Assembly (NCBI GenBank): GCA_028717225.1
Contig: JAQUOF010000003.1
Coordinates: 1-57,081 of the forward strand
Source of the DNA: Patescibacteria group bacterium
GTDB lineage: Bacteria; Patescibacteriota; Patescibacteriia; UBA2591; JAQUPP01
Direction: 5' to 3'
Length of the DNA: 57,081 nt
Of the stretch, positions 10,663 to 19,782 are shown piece by piece. The notes beneath the pieces are model-generated. The model was not told the DNA's origin and searched no databases. It was given only the letters and a program-made list of their open reading frames with translations. Each line of letters opens with the position of its first letter. Within the stretch, counting starts at the first letter, position 1. The translations under genes and the position numbers were made by a program.

Positions 10663-10690
10663 AAATTCTATATTCTAAATTCCAAATTCT
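10663..10690. repeat. Heptamer tandem repeat, about 4 units (AAATTCT/ATATTCT/AAATTCC)
   Basis: Read directly. Same repeat family as at 21284 and 24476. Lies just 3' of the purD-like stop codon. Confidence 0.8.
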
Positions 10691-12056
10691 AATATAAATA
10701 TCCCCATGTTTGTAATTTGTCTGAATCTTCTGACCATTTTGATCCGATGTCAACCCGATAAAACATATTGGGCACCATAATATTTTTAATTCTTGAATAA
10801 ACTTGTTCTCTGGCATCATCCATAGTTGTGCCCGAACCGGCAACTACCAATAAACATCCTGAATCACCGGCGACTCGCCAAGTGCCCTCTATTAATTTAA
10901 CATCCTCTATATGAATTCCATCCAAATTATCAGGTTTTTTAAAAAGTATGGGCAAATCTTTATAAGTTTCAACTACCGCTTTATCACTGGTAAAATAGGT
11001 AGGAAGCATGATTCTTGTTCCTACTTGAAATCCTTTTTTTGTTTTCAATTCAAAATTTTCTCCTCTGGCTAATTTTTCCAGCCATTCTCCAATTGGGGTG
11101 GTAATTCCTTCCAATTGAATTTGAAGAATCGGATAACCGAAACGAGAGGTGAATTCAAGGGGATAAATGCCTCGGCCGTTAACAATACAGTTTAAATCAA
11201 TATAACCGCGATAACCGGATTGCGCTAAAGCAGGTTTCATTTTTGCCAAGGTCGCCTCGAAAATAGGATTAGTTTTGGCCCAAAATACAGCCGTGCCCAT
11301 TTCTCCGGTAAAAGGACCCAAGTCGCCCGGGAATAATCTTTTGTGTTCAAAATTAACAATAATCGGTCTGATAAATTCTTGTCCGTTAAAAAATGCTCCC
11401 ACGGCTATTTCTACGCCGGAAACGCATTTTTGGAGTTGGAAAACCGGCGCTTTTTTTTGCCAAACTTCTTTATTTTTTTCAAGCAGAGCTAAAATATCGC
11501 GGCCGTCTTCTTCCTGTCCTAAAAATAATAATCCTTTATTGCCGGAGGGGGTATTGCCGCAAGGTTTAAAAACATAAAGGCCGGGATTGGTTTTAATGAA
11601 ATTAATCGCCTCGTCGTAATTTGAAAAATTATAATGAGGTAAAATATTAATTCCGTATTTTTTCAATTCTATTTGTCCAAATTCGCGATCTATTTCCAAT
11701 TGGTCGGTATAAACAGAACCGCCGATGACAGGTTTTCCGGTTTGGCGTAATTTTTCCGCATCTGATCCGAATTCCACATCATCAAAAATAACAATATCGC
11801 ACCAGTCTACATATTTTTTCCAATCATCAATTTTTTCCACGAAGCCGTCATAAACATCTGCGTCTGATTTCGCCTTAATATAACATTTAACTTCGTGTCC
11901 TTCTTTTTTTAATTGCCAAGCCAAGTCACCGCTTAAACTTTCCAGCGAGACGAAAAGAAATTTTAATTTTTTCTTTTCTTGAAGACCGTTAATATCAGAA
12001 ATTTTTTCCGGTATTTTATCAGAGTCATTATTTTGTTTTTTTATTTCTTCTGCCAT
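10689..12056 (-). CDS. PurD-like ATP-grasp enzyme (phosphoribosylamine--glycine ligase family)
   Basis: 455 aa with ATP-grasp architecture and PurD-like blocks (VIGGS.., YVFKPCG.., FEHKRLFPGDLGPFTGEMGT). No other pur genes in the window. Confidence 0.6.
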   Translation of the reverse strand: MAEEIKKQNNDSDKIPEKISDINGLQEKKKLKFLFVSLESLSGDLAWQLKKEGHEVKCYIKAKSDADVYDGFVEKIDDWKKYVDWCDIVIFDDVEFGSDAEKLRQTGKPVIGGSVYTDQLEIDREFGQIELKKYGINILPHYNFSNYDEAINFIKTNPGLYVFKPCGNTPSGNKGLLFLGQEEDGRDILALLEKNKEVWQKKAPVFQLQKCVSGVEIAVGAFFNGQEFIRPIIVNFEHKRLFPGDLGPFTGEMGTAVFWAKTNPIFEATLAKMKPALAQSGYRGYIDLNCIVNGRGIYPLEFTSRFGYPILQIQLEGITTPIGEWLEKLARGENFELKTKKGFQVGTRIMLPTYFTSDKAVVETYKDLPILFKKPDNLDGIHIEDVKLIEGTWRVAGDSGCLLVVAGSGTTMDDAREQVYSRIKNIMVPNMFYRVDIGSKWSEDSDKLQTWGYLY

Positions 12057-12104
12057 AATGTTTTTAATTGTAAATCTTTTTTAATTATCAGTCAAAATTT
12101 TTTA

Positions 12105-12113
12105 TGTGGATAA
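12105..12113 (-). promoter_or_regulatory. Perfect DnaA-box 9-mer (TGTGGATAA = reverse complement of TTATCCACA)
   Basis: Exact match to the consensus, in a divergent intergenic region. Single copy there. Confidence 0.3.
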
Positions 12114-12227
12114 GTATGAAAAATTTCATTAACTTGGTTCCATTGCATTGGAAATTACGCAAGCTAGTTGTTAATGATAATTAACTTGCTTGCAGATTAA
12201 TTATCTGATATAATAATTTTAATTGAT

Positions 12228-12755
12228 ATGGACTATTTTTTACTGATAAAAATTAATCATTTGGCCGGTAAGTGGATTGCCTTTGATCAATTTGGCATTA
12301 TTTGCGCCGACGGATTGATTTTTCTGATTCCTTTAATTATTCTTTTGGTTTATTTCTTGTCACCAAAAAGAAAAGAAATCAGTTTAATAGTTTTAAAAAT
12401 AATTGGAGCCATTGCCTGCGGTCTCTTGATAAATAATTTTATCGATTTATTCTATCATCGTTTACGCCCATTTGTGGAACATAGAGAAGTTTTTCAGTTA
12501 ATTAAATTTTTGGCCAGTCCAAAAGATTATTCTTTTCCTTCATATCATACGACTATTGGTTTTATCATGGCTTTGACCGTACTTAAAGATTGGAAAAAAT
12601 TCGGTATAATTTTATTGATTTTGGCTTTATTGGTGGGTGTCAGCAGAATTTTTGTCGGTGTTCATTGGCCAAGCGATATTTTAGGAGGCATTGTATCGGC
12701 AATTTTAAGCGTATTTATTGTTAATATTACTGTTAAAAAATTATGGAAACTTTAA
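12228..12755 (+). CDS. PAP2-family phosphatase (undecaprenyl-diphosphatase-like)
   Basis: All three PAP2 motifs are present: HRLRP, PSYHT, SRIFVGVHWPSD. Confidence 0.85.
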   Translation: MDYFLLIKINHLAGKWIAFDQFGIICADGLIFLIPLIILLVYFLSPKRKEISLIVLKIIGAIACGLLINNFIDLFYHRLRPFVEHREVFQLIKFLASPKDYSFPSYHTTIGFIMALTVLKDWKKFGIILLILALLVGVSRIFVGVHWPSDILGGIVSAILSVFIVNITVKKLWKL

Positions 12756-13648
12756 AAGATTTATTAAAAAAACCGGAACATTTTGCGCCCGGTCATCGAA
12801 CTTGTCGCGGATGCGCCATTCCGATTATTGTTCGTTCTGTTTTGAGAGCGACCGACAATCCATTGGTGGTTGTTAATGCTACCGGATGTATGGAAGTTAC
12901 CACCACTCTTTATCCTCAAACTTCTTGGAATATGCCTTATATTCATAATGCTTTTGAAAATGCACCGGCGACAATGAGCGGAATTTTGGCGGTTTACCAG
13001 CACTTAAAAGAAAAAAAACAAATTTCCGAAGATGTTAAGTTTGTTGTTTTTGGCGGCGACGGCTCCACTTATGATATCGGGCTTCAATCGCTTTCAGGAG
13101 CTTGGGAAAGGGGAGATAATTTTTTATATGTTTGTTATGACAATCAGGTTTACAGCAATACCGGCGGGCAAAGATCTTCAGCCACGCCGCTCGGCGCTTC
13201 AACGTCAACCACTCCGGCGGGCAAAATAGAATCCAGAAAAGATATTATGAAAATCGCCGCGGCTCATAATCTTCCTTACTTGGCCCAGGCAGCAATTCAT
13301 AATTGGTTTGATTTGCACCAAAAAGCAAAAAAGGCCTTTAATACCAATGGCCCGACTTTCTTAAATATTTTATGTCCTTGCGTGGCGAATTGGAAATACA
13401 ATTCCGATTTGACTGTGAAAATGTCGCAGCTTGCCACGGAAACTTGCTTTTGGCCGCTTTATGAAATAGAAAACGGCGTTTATAAATTAAATTATCAACC
13501 GAGAGAAAAATTACCGGTTGAAGAATTTTTAAAATTTCAAGGAAGATTTAAAAATTTATTTTCTTCCAAAGATAAAAATAATTTGATTAAAATTCAACAA
13601 GAGATTGATAAAAGGTGGCAAGAGTTAACAGGGAAATGTCCAAGGTAA
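12743..13648 (+). CDS. 2-oxoacid:ferredoxin oxidoreductase beta subunit (TPP-binding, PorB-like)
   Basis: GHRTCRGCA N-terminus and TPP motif GGDGSTYDIGLQSLSGAWERGDNFLYVCYDNQVYSNTGGQ. Confidence 0.85.
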   Translation: METLKDLLKKPEHFAPGHRTCRGCAIPIIVRSVLRATDNPLVVVNATGCMEVTTTLYPQTSWNMPYIHNAFENAPATMSGILAVYQHLKEKKQISEDVKFVVFGGDGSTYDIGLQSLSGAWERGDNFLYVCYDNQVYSNTGGQRSSATPLGASTSTTPAGKIESRKDIMKIAAAHNLPYLAQAAIHNWFDLHQKAKKAFNTNGPTFLNILCPCVANWKYNSDLTVKMSQLATETCFWPLYEIENGVYKLNYQPREKLPVEEFLKFQGRFKNLFSSKDKNNLIKIQQEIDKRWQELTGKCPR

Positions 13649-13651
13649 AAA

Positions 13652-13680
13652 ATATCCGCCAAAAGGCGGATATTTTTTTA
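13652..13680 (+). terminator. Intrinsic terminator (ATATCCGCC-AAAA-GGCGGATAT plus T-run)
   Basis: 9-bp stem plus T7. Same TCCGCC/GGCGGA hairpin core as at 21719, 32896 and 37898. Confidence 0.8.
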
Positions 13681-14142
13681 GAGTTTAACGAGTTTTTGAC
13701 TCGTCTTTTTTTTAAATAAAATAAAAATTAAACAGACCAGAAAAATTATTTGCATGGCGCCCCAAAAAACGGGGTTGTTTATTTTTACCGGACAATGGAC
13801 GATCATGTGAAAATCATAAAAACATTTTAAGAATTTAAAATGTAACTCAGAATAAAAAAAAGTAAATATATCCGGCATGGCTGACCCTAAAATCGCCCAG
13901 TAAATTTTTAAAGGATGAGTAGGCCGGGTAAAACGAAAAAAACAAAAAATAAAAATAGCTGAAAGAAAAATATCTACAGACGCCGCATAGTAAAGATATT
14001 TTTCTATAAAAATTCCCGCATCAATATGAGGGATTGCGTCAAATAAAAAATGGGATAAAAATCCAAACAAAAAAGCAAGAAACGGATTTGACGCGTACTT
14101 GCCAATAAAGATACCAACAGCAGTGTGAGCGGTTAAAGTCAT
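13678..14142 (-). CDS. Membrane-bound metal-dependent hydrolase (YdjM/DUF457-like)
   Basis: Polytopic 154 aa protein, MTLTAHTAVG start, SHFLFDAIPHID histidine/aspartate motif. Confidence 0.5.
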   Translation of the reverse strand: MTLTAHTAVGIFIGKYASNPFLAFLFGFLSHFLFDAIPHIDAGIFIEKYLYYAASVDIFLSAIFIFCFFRFTRPTHPLKIYWAILGSAMPDIFTFFYSELHFKFLKCFYDFHMIVHCPVKINNPVFWGAMQIIFLVCLIFILFKKKTSQKLVKL

Positions 14143-14259
14143 ATGAAATTCATTTTAACATTGTAGTATTTTAACATTATAACATCAAGAATTTTGCTTT
14201 ACATTTTTTTAATCCCAACTTTTGGGATAATGTTGCCATGTTATTATGTTTTCATGATT

Positions 14260-14334
14260 TGGTAGCAGGGGCGGGGATCGAACCCGCGACGGCACGCTTA
14301 TGAAGCGTGTGCTCTACCGCTGAGCTACCCTGCC
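14260..14334 (-). tRNA. tRNA with CAT anticodon (elongator Met or Ile2/lysidine type), CCA encoded
   Basis: Reverse complement GGCAGGGTAGCTCAGCGGTAGAGCACACGCTTCATAAGCGTGCCGTCGCGGGTTCGATCCCCGCCCCTGCTACCA folds as a 75-nt cloverleaf. Confidence 0.9.
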
Positions 14335-14367
14335 ATCATTTTGTTAAGACCTGCTTAAAATTTTTAA

Positions 14368-14440
14368 TTGCGGGGGTTGGATTCGAACCAACGACCTCCA
14401 GGTTATGGGCCTGGCGAGCTGCCAGCTGCTCTACCCCGCG
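14368..14440 (-). tRNA. Initiator tRNA-fMet (CAT), CCA not encoded
   Basis: Reverse complement CGCGGGGTAGAGCAGCTGGCAGCTCGCCAGGCCCATAACCTGGAGGTCGTTGGTTCGAATCCAACCCCCGCAA. C1xA72 mismatch and close resemblance to E. coli tRNA-fMet. Confidence 0.9.
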
Positions 14441-14505
14441 TCATTAATCTATAATAATACCTTAAATTTGATATTTCAGCAAATTAAATTTATTTTTTAA
14501 AATTC

Positions 14506-14593
14506 TGGTGCCGCGGGAGGGAGTCGAACCCTCATGGGCGTAAAGCCCATACGATTTTGAGTCGTACGCGTATACCAATTCCACCACCGCGGC
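14506..14593 (-). tRNA. tRNA-Leu (CAA), long variable arm, CCA encoded
   Basis: Perfect acceptor stem GCCGCGG/CCGCGGC, anticodon loop CTCAAAA, variable arm TGGGCTTTACGCCCATG. Confidence 0.9.
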
Positions 14594-14657
14594 ATTCACA
14601 ATATTTTAACATTTTTTTAAATCTTGTCAAACGTTTTAAAAGTGATAAACTAAACTT

Positions 14658-15419
14658 GTGAAAATTATCAGTGTTGTCAATCAAAAAGGCGGTACGGCGA
14701 AAACCACCACCTTGATCAACTTGTCAGCTTATCTTGCCCGATTCGGCAAGAAAGTTTTGATTATTGATTTGGACCCGCAAGCCAATGCCAGTTCCGGATT
14801 GGGGGTGAGCGCGGAAAACAGAGACAAGGGGATTTATGAAATTCTAAGCGGAAAAATTCCTTTGACCGAAGGTCTAATAGAAGTCAGAAAAAATTTTTGG
14901 CTTATTCCGGCAAATGAAAATTTGGCCGGAGCGAATATTGAAATAGTCAATTTGGAAGATAGAGAATTTCTTTTGACAAAAGCGCTTAAGCCTTTGGCGG
15001 ACGATTTTGATTTTGTATTTTTTGACACCCCTCCTTCATTGGGATTAATGACTATTAACAGTTTGGTTGCTTCAAGCAGCGTTTTAATTCCTGTTCAAGC
15101 AGAATATTTCGCTTTGGAAGGATTGGGTCAGCTTTTAAATACTATTAATTTGATAAAAGAAAATTTAAGACCGGATCTCAGCGTTTTGGGAGCGATACTG
15201 ACAATGTATGACACGCGCGGAAAATTGTCGGCTGACGTCTGGGAAGAATTATATAAATTTTTTCCGCATAAAATTTACAGAACAGTTATTCCTCGCAATG
15301 TTTATTTGGCCGAAGCGCCGAGCTATGGCAAAACAATTTTAGAATATGCGCCTCGATCTCGCGGAGCCAAAGCTTACCATCGCTTAGCCAGAGAGTTTGT
15401 TTTACATAATAATAATTGA
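14658..15419 (+). CDS. parA: Chromosome partitioning ATPase ParA/Soj (GTG start)
   Basis: Deviant Walker A NQKGGTAKTT; DLDPQANAS. Confidence 0.9.
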   Translation: MKIISVVNQKGGTAKTTTLINLSAYLARFGKKVLIIDLDPQANASSGLGVSAENRDKGIYEILSGKIPLTEGLIEVRKNFWLIPANENLAGANIEIVNLEDREFLLTKALKPLADDFDFVFFDTPPSLGLMTINSLVASSSVLIPVQAEYFALEGLGQLLNTINLIKENLRPDLSVLGAILTMYDTRGKLSADVWEELYKFFPHKIYRTVIPRNVYLAEAPSYGKTILEYAPRSRGAKAYHRLAREFVLHNNN

Positions 15420-15457
15420 TTTTGTCTCCGGACGTTAAGTCGGAGCAACAAAATCTT

Positions 15458-15729
15458 TACCGAGCACTCAATTTATTCTTTTTATGTATTACGTATATAT
15501 AATCAAGAATCAGATAAAGAAAAAAATATATATTGGCTACACCGATGATTTAAAAAGAAGAATAAAAGAACATAAAAATAAAGATCCCGAACTTATTTAT
15601 TACGAAGCATACAAGTTAGAAAAAGACGCGAGAAATCGAGAGAGAAAATTGAAACAAAGAGGTCAAGCAATTCGTCATCTCAAAGAACGTCTTAAATCCA
15701 GTCTAGAGGAATAAATTGAGTGCTCGGTA
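15458..15729 (+). mobile_element. GIY-YIG ORF enclosed by a 20-bp perfect inverted repeat (putative selfish insertion between parA and parB)
   Basis: TACCGAGCACTCAATTTATT (15458-15477) is the exact reverse complement of 15710-15729. The same core recurs as a cargo-less hairpin at 19830-19875. Confidence 0.6.
15484..15714 (+). CDS. GIY-YIG nuclease-domain protein (76 aa, YhbQ/UPF0213-like)
   Basis: YYVYIIKN...IYIGYTDDLKRRIKEH is the GIY-YIG motif. The stop codon lies inside the right inverted repeat. Confidence 0.8.
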   Translation: MYYVYIIKNQIKKKIYIGYTDDLKRRIKEHKNKDPELIYYEAYKLEKDARNRERKLKQRGQAIRHLKERLKSSLEE

Positions 15730-15790
15730 CGCAAAATTATAGTTAAATTTCCTTCGTTATAAATAACTCGTAAATTTAAATAATTTTACT

Positions 15791-16639
15791 ATGTCATTAG
15801 GAAGAGGACTGGGGGCGTTAATTCCTCCAAAAACAATTCAAAAAATAACCGAAGAAACGTTAGCCGAAACAGGCGAGCGAGTTTTAGAAATTCCGCTTGA
15901 ACAAATTGAAGCCAATCCTGATCAGCCGAGAAAAAATTTTCCTCATCAAGAAATGGAAGGATTGATTAATTCTCTCCGCGAATACGGAATTATTCAACCT
16001 CTGATTTTAACTTCAATTGGTTGGGGAAAATATCAGATTGTTGCCGGCGAGCGTCGTTTCAGAGCGGCTAAATTTTTGGAATTTAAAACAGTGCCGGCTA
16101 TTGTCAGATCAGTTAAAGACAGCGAAAAATTTGAAATTTCTCTTTTGGAAAATATTCAAAGACAAGATTTGAATCCCATGGAAAGAGCTCGTGCTTACAA
16201 GCGATTGACTGATGAATTTAATTTAACTCAAGAAGATATTGCCAGAAAATTGGGAAAAGCACGAACAAGTGTGGCAAATACTTTGCGCCTTTTAACTCTT
16301 GCCGAACCGATTCAGAGGGCGATTGAAGAAGAACAAATTACCGAAGGCCATGCCAAGGCCTTGCTTTCCACGGAAGATCAGGAAAAACAAAAAATTTTAT
16401 TAAAAAGAGTTTTGGGATTGAATTTAACCGTGCGGGAGACGGAAAAAATTGTTGGCGGAAAAAGAGTCAGGAAAACCGTTGAATTGGATTCCATGCTTTT
16501 GGAAAACGAAAGGGAATTGGCGAAAATTTTGGACGCGAAAATAAAAATTATCAAAAAGAAAAAAGGCGGAAAGATTGTGATTGAAACTTTCAGCCAGGAA
16601 GATTTGGAAGCAATAATTCAAAAATTATTCAAGTGCTAA
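15791..16639 (+). CDS. parB: Chromosome partitioning protein ParB/Spo0J
   Basis: GLGRGLGALI start, ParB box IVAGERRFRAAK, HTH region. Confidence 0.9.
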   Translation: MSLGRGLGALIPPKTIQKITEETLAETGERVLEIPLEQIEANPDQPRKNFPHQEMEGLINSLREYGIIQPLILTSIGWGKYQIVAGERRFRAAKFLEFKTVPAIVRSVKDSEKFEISLLENIQRQDLNPMERARAYKRLTDEFNLTQEDIARKLGKARTSVANTLRLLTLAEPIQRAIEEEQITEGHAKALLSTEDQEKQKILLKRVLGLNLTVRETEKIVGGKRVRKTVELDSMLLENERELAKILDAKIKIIKKKKGGKIVIETFSQEDLEAIIQKLFKC

Positions 16640-16646
16640 AATAAAA

Positions 16647-16688
16647 TAAAAAAATAATCCGTCGATTTTGCGACGGATTATTTTTTTA
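16647..16688. terminator. Bidirectional intrinsic terminator
   Basis: AATAATCCGTCG-ATTTTG-CGACGGATTATT stem flanked by A and T runs, between convergent parB and topA. Confidence 0.8.
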
Positions 16689-16703
16689 TTTTTAAAAATT
16701 TAT

Positions 16704-18926
16704 TTAAGCGACTGGTTTTTTGTGAGGATTATGATTCGGGCAAAGTTTATTTGAACATCTTTCGGGTATTGTTTTAGTCCCTTGCATCATTAAAGATCCG
16801 CAAAGGTCGCAGATTTTTCCGGTGGGACGAGATTTTATTATAAATTTGCATTTGGGATAATTGGAACAGGAAAAAAATGGACCGAATCTTCCGCGGCGTT
16901 CCACGATTTCTCCCTCGCATTTGGGGCATTTTACTCCGGTTTTTGCTTTGGCTTCTTCTTCAGCGCTTCTTTTAATAAATTTGCATTTTGGATAATTGGA
17001 GCAAAAAATAAATTTGCCAAAGCGGCCTTCGCGTTCCACGAGTTTGCCGGTTAAACATTCAGGGCACATTTCACCGGTTTCTTTCGGACCTTCCATTATG
17101 GAGCCGTCTGCTTTTCTGGCGCCAACACATTCAGGAAATTTCGCGCAGCTTAAAAATTTGCCGGTTTTGGATAATTTTATGACCATCGGGCCGTTGCAAA
17201 CCGGGCATTTGAATTTTTCATCAGCATCTCCAAGATTGGTTACTTTGTCTATTTTATCTTTTGATTTAACGTCTTTGGAAAACGGGCCGTAAAAATCTTT
17301 TAAAACTTTTTCATATTTTATTTTTCCCTCGGCTATTTCATCAAGTTCGTTTTCCATTTCCGCGGTAAAAGAATCGCTGATATATTTCGGAAAATTATTT
17401 TCAAGAAAATCGCTGACCACTTCGCCGGTGTCGGTGGGGTGGAGTGTTTTGCCGTCTTTTGTCACATATCCGCGGTCATTGATTGTTTTAATAATATAAG
17501 CATAAGTGCTCGGTCTTCCGATTTCGCGTTTTTCCAATTCTTTCACCAATCCGGCTTCGGTGTAGCGGCCGGGCGGTTCTGTTTGTTTACCTTGGCTTTC
17601 AAGATTTAATAATTCTAATTTTTCGTCTTTGGATAATTTTGGTATTTGGACTTCTTCGCCCTGAGCTTCTGTATCTGCCGCCAGCCATCCGGGAAAAACA
17701 GTAATGCTTCCGACCACAGAAAAATTAGGAATTATTCCTTCTTTATTTATATTGGCGGACACTTTTGTTCTGAGCATTTTTGCGTCAGTCATTTGAGAAG
17801 AAATTGTTCTCGCCCAAATCAGTCCGTATAATCTTTCTTGTTCTTCGTTCGCGCCGGCGTTTTTTAATCCGATGTTTGTCGGACGGATTGCTTCGTGAGC
17901 TTCTTGAGCGCTTTTGCTTTTTGTTTTATAAATTCGCGGTTCCAAATATTTTTTGCCAAAAGTTTTTTCTATTTCTTGATGAATTACAGGCAAGGCTTCC
18001 TTACTGATAATTACGCTGTCAGTTCTCATGTAGGTGATTAAACCTTGTTCATAAAGTTTTTGAGCCACCATCATTGTGCGCGATGGAGAAAATCCGAGCC
18101 GAGAACTGGCTGTTTGCTGAAGCGTTGAAGTGGTAAATGGCGCGCGAGGGGAACGTTTGGCTTCAGTTTGTTTTATTTCAGCGATGTGCCATGGATTGGC
18201 GCGGCCGGCTTCTAAAATTCTATTGGTTTCTTTTTCATCAGCCGGTTCTTTATCGCAAGTCAAAATAATTTTATCTTTTTTGCTTGCCACGTCGGAGCCT
18301 TTGGCGGAGTGCGGGTCTGTTTCAAATTCTCCGGTTAAAACCCAATAATTTTCCGGTATAAACGCTCTGATTTCGCGTTCTCTTTCCATAATTATGCGCA
18401 GCGCCGGCGATTGAACGCGTCCGGCGGAAAGTCCATAGCGGACTTTTTTCCAAATCAAGCCGCTTAAATCATAACCGACGAGACGATCCAAAACTCGGCG
18501 CGCTTCTTGAGCTTGCCGCAAATTTTCGTCAATTTCGCGCGGATGATTTATCGCTTCTTTAATTGCGTTCTCGGTGATTTCATGAAAAACAATTCGTTTT
18601 GGATTTTTCAAACCGCAGGTTTCTTTCAAGTGCCAAGCAATAGATTCTCCTTCGCGGTCAGGATCTGTCGCGAGGAGCACTTCGCTTGCGTTCTTGGCAA
18701 GACTTTTAATTTTAGAAACAACATCTTCTTTTCCTTTGGTGATTTCATAATGAGGAATAAATCCTGCTTTAATATCAATGGCTTTTTTATTGCTTTTCGG
18801 AAGATTGCGAATATGTCCGTAAGAAGATTCAATTAAAAATTCATCTCCCAAAAAATGAGAAATGGTTTTTGATTTTGTCGGCGACTCGACAATGATTAAT
18901 TTTTTTTGATTTTTAGTTTTTGACAT
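16704..18926 (-). CDS. topA: DNA topoisomerase I
   Basis: TOPRIM N-terminus (LIIVESPTK), catalytic YMRTDS, four C-terminal CxxC zinc-ribbon repeats. Confidence 0.95.
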   Translation of the reverse strand: MSKTKNQKKLIIVESPTKSKTISHFLGDEFLIESSYGHIRNLPKSNKKAIDIKAGFIPHYEITKGKEDVVSKIKSLAKNASEVLLATDPDREGESIAWHLKETCGLKNPKRIVFHEITENAIKEAINHPREIDENLRQAQEARRVLDRLVGYDLSGLIWKKVRYGLSAGRVQSPALRIIMEREREIRAFIPENYWVLTGEFETDPHSAKGSDVASKKDKIILTCDKEPADEKETNRILEAGRANPWHIAEIKQTEAKRSPRAPFTTSTLQQTASSRLGFSPSRTMMVAQKLYEQGLITYMRTDSVIISKEALPVIHQEIEKTFGKKYLEPRIYKTKSKSAQEAHEAIRPTNIGLKNAGANEEQERLYGLIWARTISSQMTDAKMLRTKVSANINKEGIIPNFSVVGSITVFPGWLAADTEAQGEEVQIPKLSKDEKLELLNLESQGKQTEPPGRYTEAGLVKELEKREIGRPSTYAYIIKTINDRGYVTKDGKTLHPTDTGEVVSDFLENNFPKYISDSFTAEMENELDEIAEGKIKYEKVLKDFYGPFSKDVKSKDKIDKVTNLGDADEKFKCPVCNGPMVIKLSKTGKFLSCAKFPECVGARKADGSIMEGPKETGEMCPECLTGKLVEREGRFGKFIFCSNYPKCKFIKRSAEEEAKAKTGVKCPKCEGEIVERRGRFGPFFSCSNYPKCKFIIKSRPTGKICDLCGSLMMQGTKTIPERCSNKLCPNHNPHKKPVA

Positions 18927-19770
18927 AATTTCCGCCTCCCAGGTTTTTTACTTTGCCGTTTATTTCCATTAATGTCAAGACGGTAATGGCCTGACTGGTG
19001 CTAAATTTACTTGATTTAATTAATTGGTCAATATGCACGGGCTCATGGCTTAAAAATTTCCATAATATTTTTTCTTCCGGCAAAGTCGGTTCGGGCGTTT
19101 CGGAAATTTTTTCCGACAGTTCCAAATTAAAAGCGTCCAAAATATCTTCGGCTTTGGTAACCGCTTTCGCGCCCATTTTAATCAGTTGATTGCAGCCGGC
19201 TGAATTCGGATTATAAATGCTGCCGGGCACGGCGAAAACTTCCCGTCCTTGATCCAAAGCTGAATGCGCGGTAATCAAAGCTCCGGATTTTTCCGGCGCT
19301 TCTATGACCAAAGTTCCCAATGAAAGTCCGGCGATAATTCTGTTTCTGGCCGGAAATGTCCATCTGGTTGGCGAAGTGGTCGGCTGATATTCCGAAACTA
19401 TTGCCCCGTTATTTTTAATAATATTTTTTGCCAAAGTTCTGTGAAGTGGTGGATAAATAATATCAGGACTTGAACCCAAAACAGCGATTGTTCGGCCGCC
19501 GTTATCAAGAGTTGTTTGATGCGCCAGTCCGTCCACGCCCAAAGCTAAACCGCTAACAATCGTTAATCCGGCTTTGACCAAATCTTTAGTCAAAGAAACG
19601 GTAATTTGCTTGCCATAACTTGAAACTTTTCGTGTTCCGACGATTGCCAAGGGATAATTTTCTTCCGCCTTGATTTCTCCGATGGCGTACAGGTTCTGCG
19701 GCGGGTCGTAAATTTCTTTCAGCAGTTTTGGATAATTTTTATCTTTGAGATTAATTTTTAAAACTTGCAT
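18913..19770 (-). CDS. dprA: DNA processing protein DprA/Smf
   Basis: AIVGTRK.S.YG, GLALGVDG.AH and GALITA blocks. Overlaps the topA start. Confidence 0.85.
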   Translation of the reverse strand: MQVLKINLKDKNYPKLLKEIYDPPQNLYAIGEIKAEENYPLAIVGTRKVSSYGKQITVSLTKDLVKAGLTIVSGLALGVDGLAHQTTLDNGGRTIAVLGSSPDIIYPPLHRTLAKNIIKNNGAIVSEYQPTTSPTRWTFPARNRIIAGLSLGTLVIEAPEKSGALITAHSALDQGREVFAVPGSIYNPNSAGCNQLIKMGAKAVTKAEDILDAFNLELSEKISETPEPTLPEEKILWKFLSHEPVHIDQLIKSSKFSTSQAITVLTLMEINGKVKNLGGGNYVKN

Positions 19771-19782
19771 AATTTGTTAAAA

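Noticed and set aside
12057-12227. Replication origin, suggested by the DnaA box and nearby parAB
   Set aside because: There is only one perfect box here and one at 24646. There is no cluster, no obvious AT-rich unwinding repeats and no dnaA or dnaN gene in the window.
16996-18836. Plus-strand ORFs inside topA (16996, 17646, 17780, 18130, 18507) and the minus-strand ORF at 18626
   Set aside because: They are antisense or out of frame relative to a 740-aa topoisomerase I with all its motifs. These are typical shadow ORFs.
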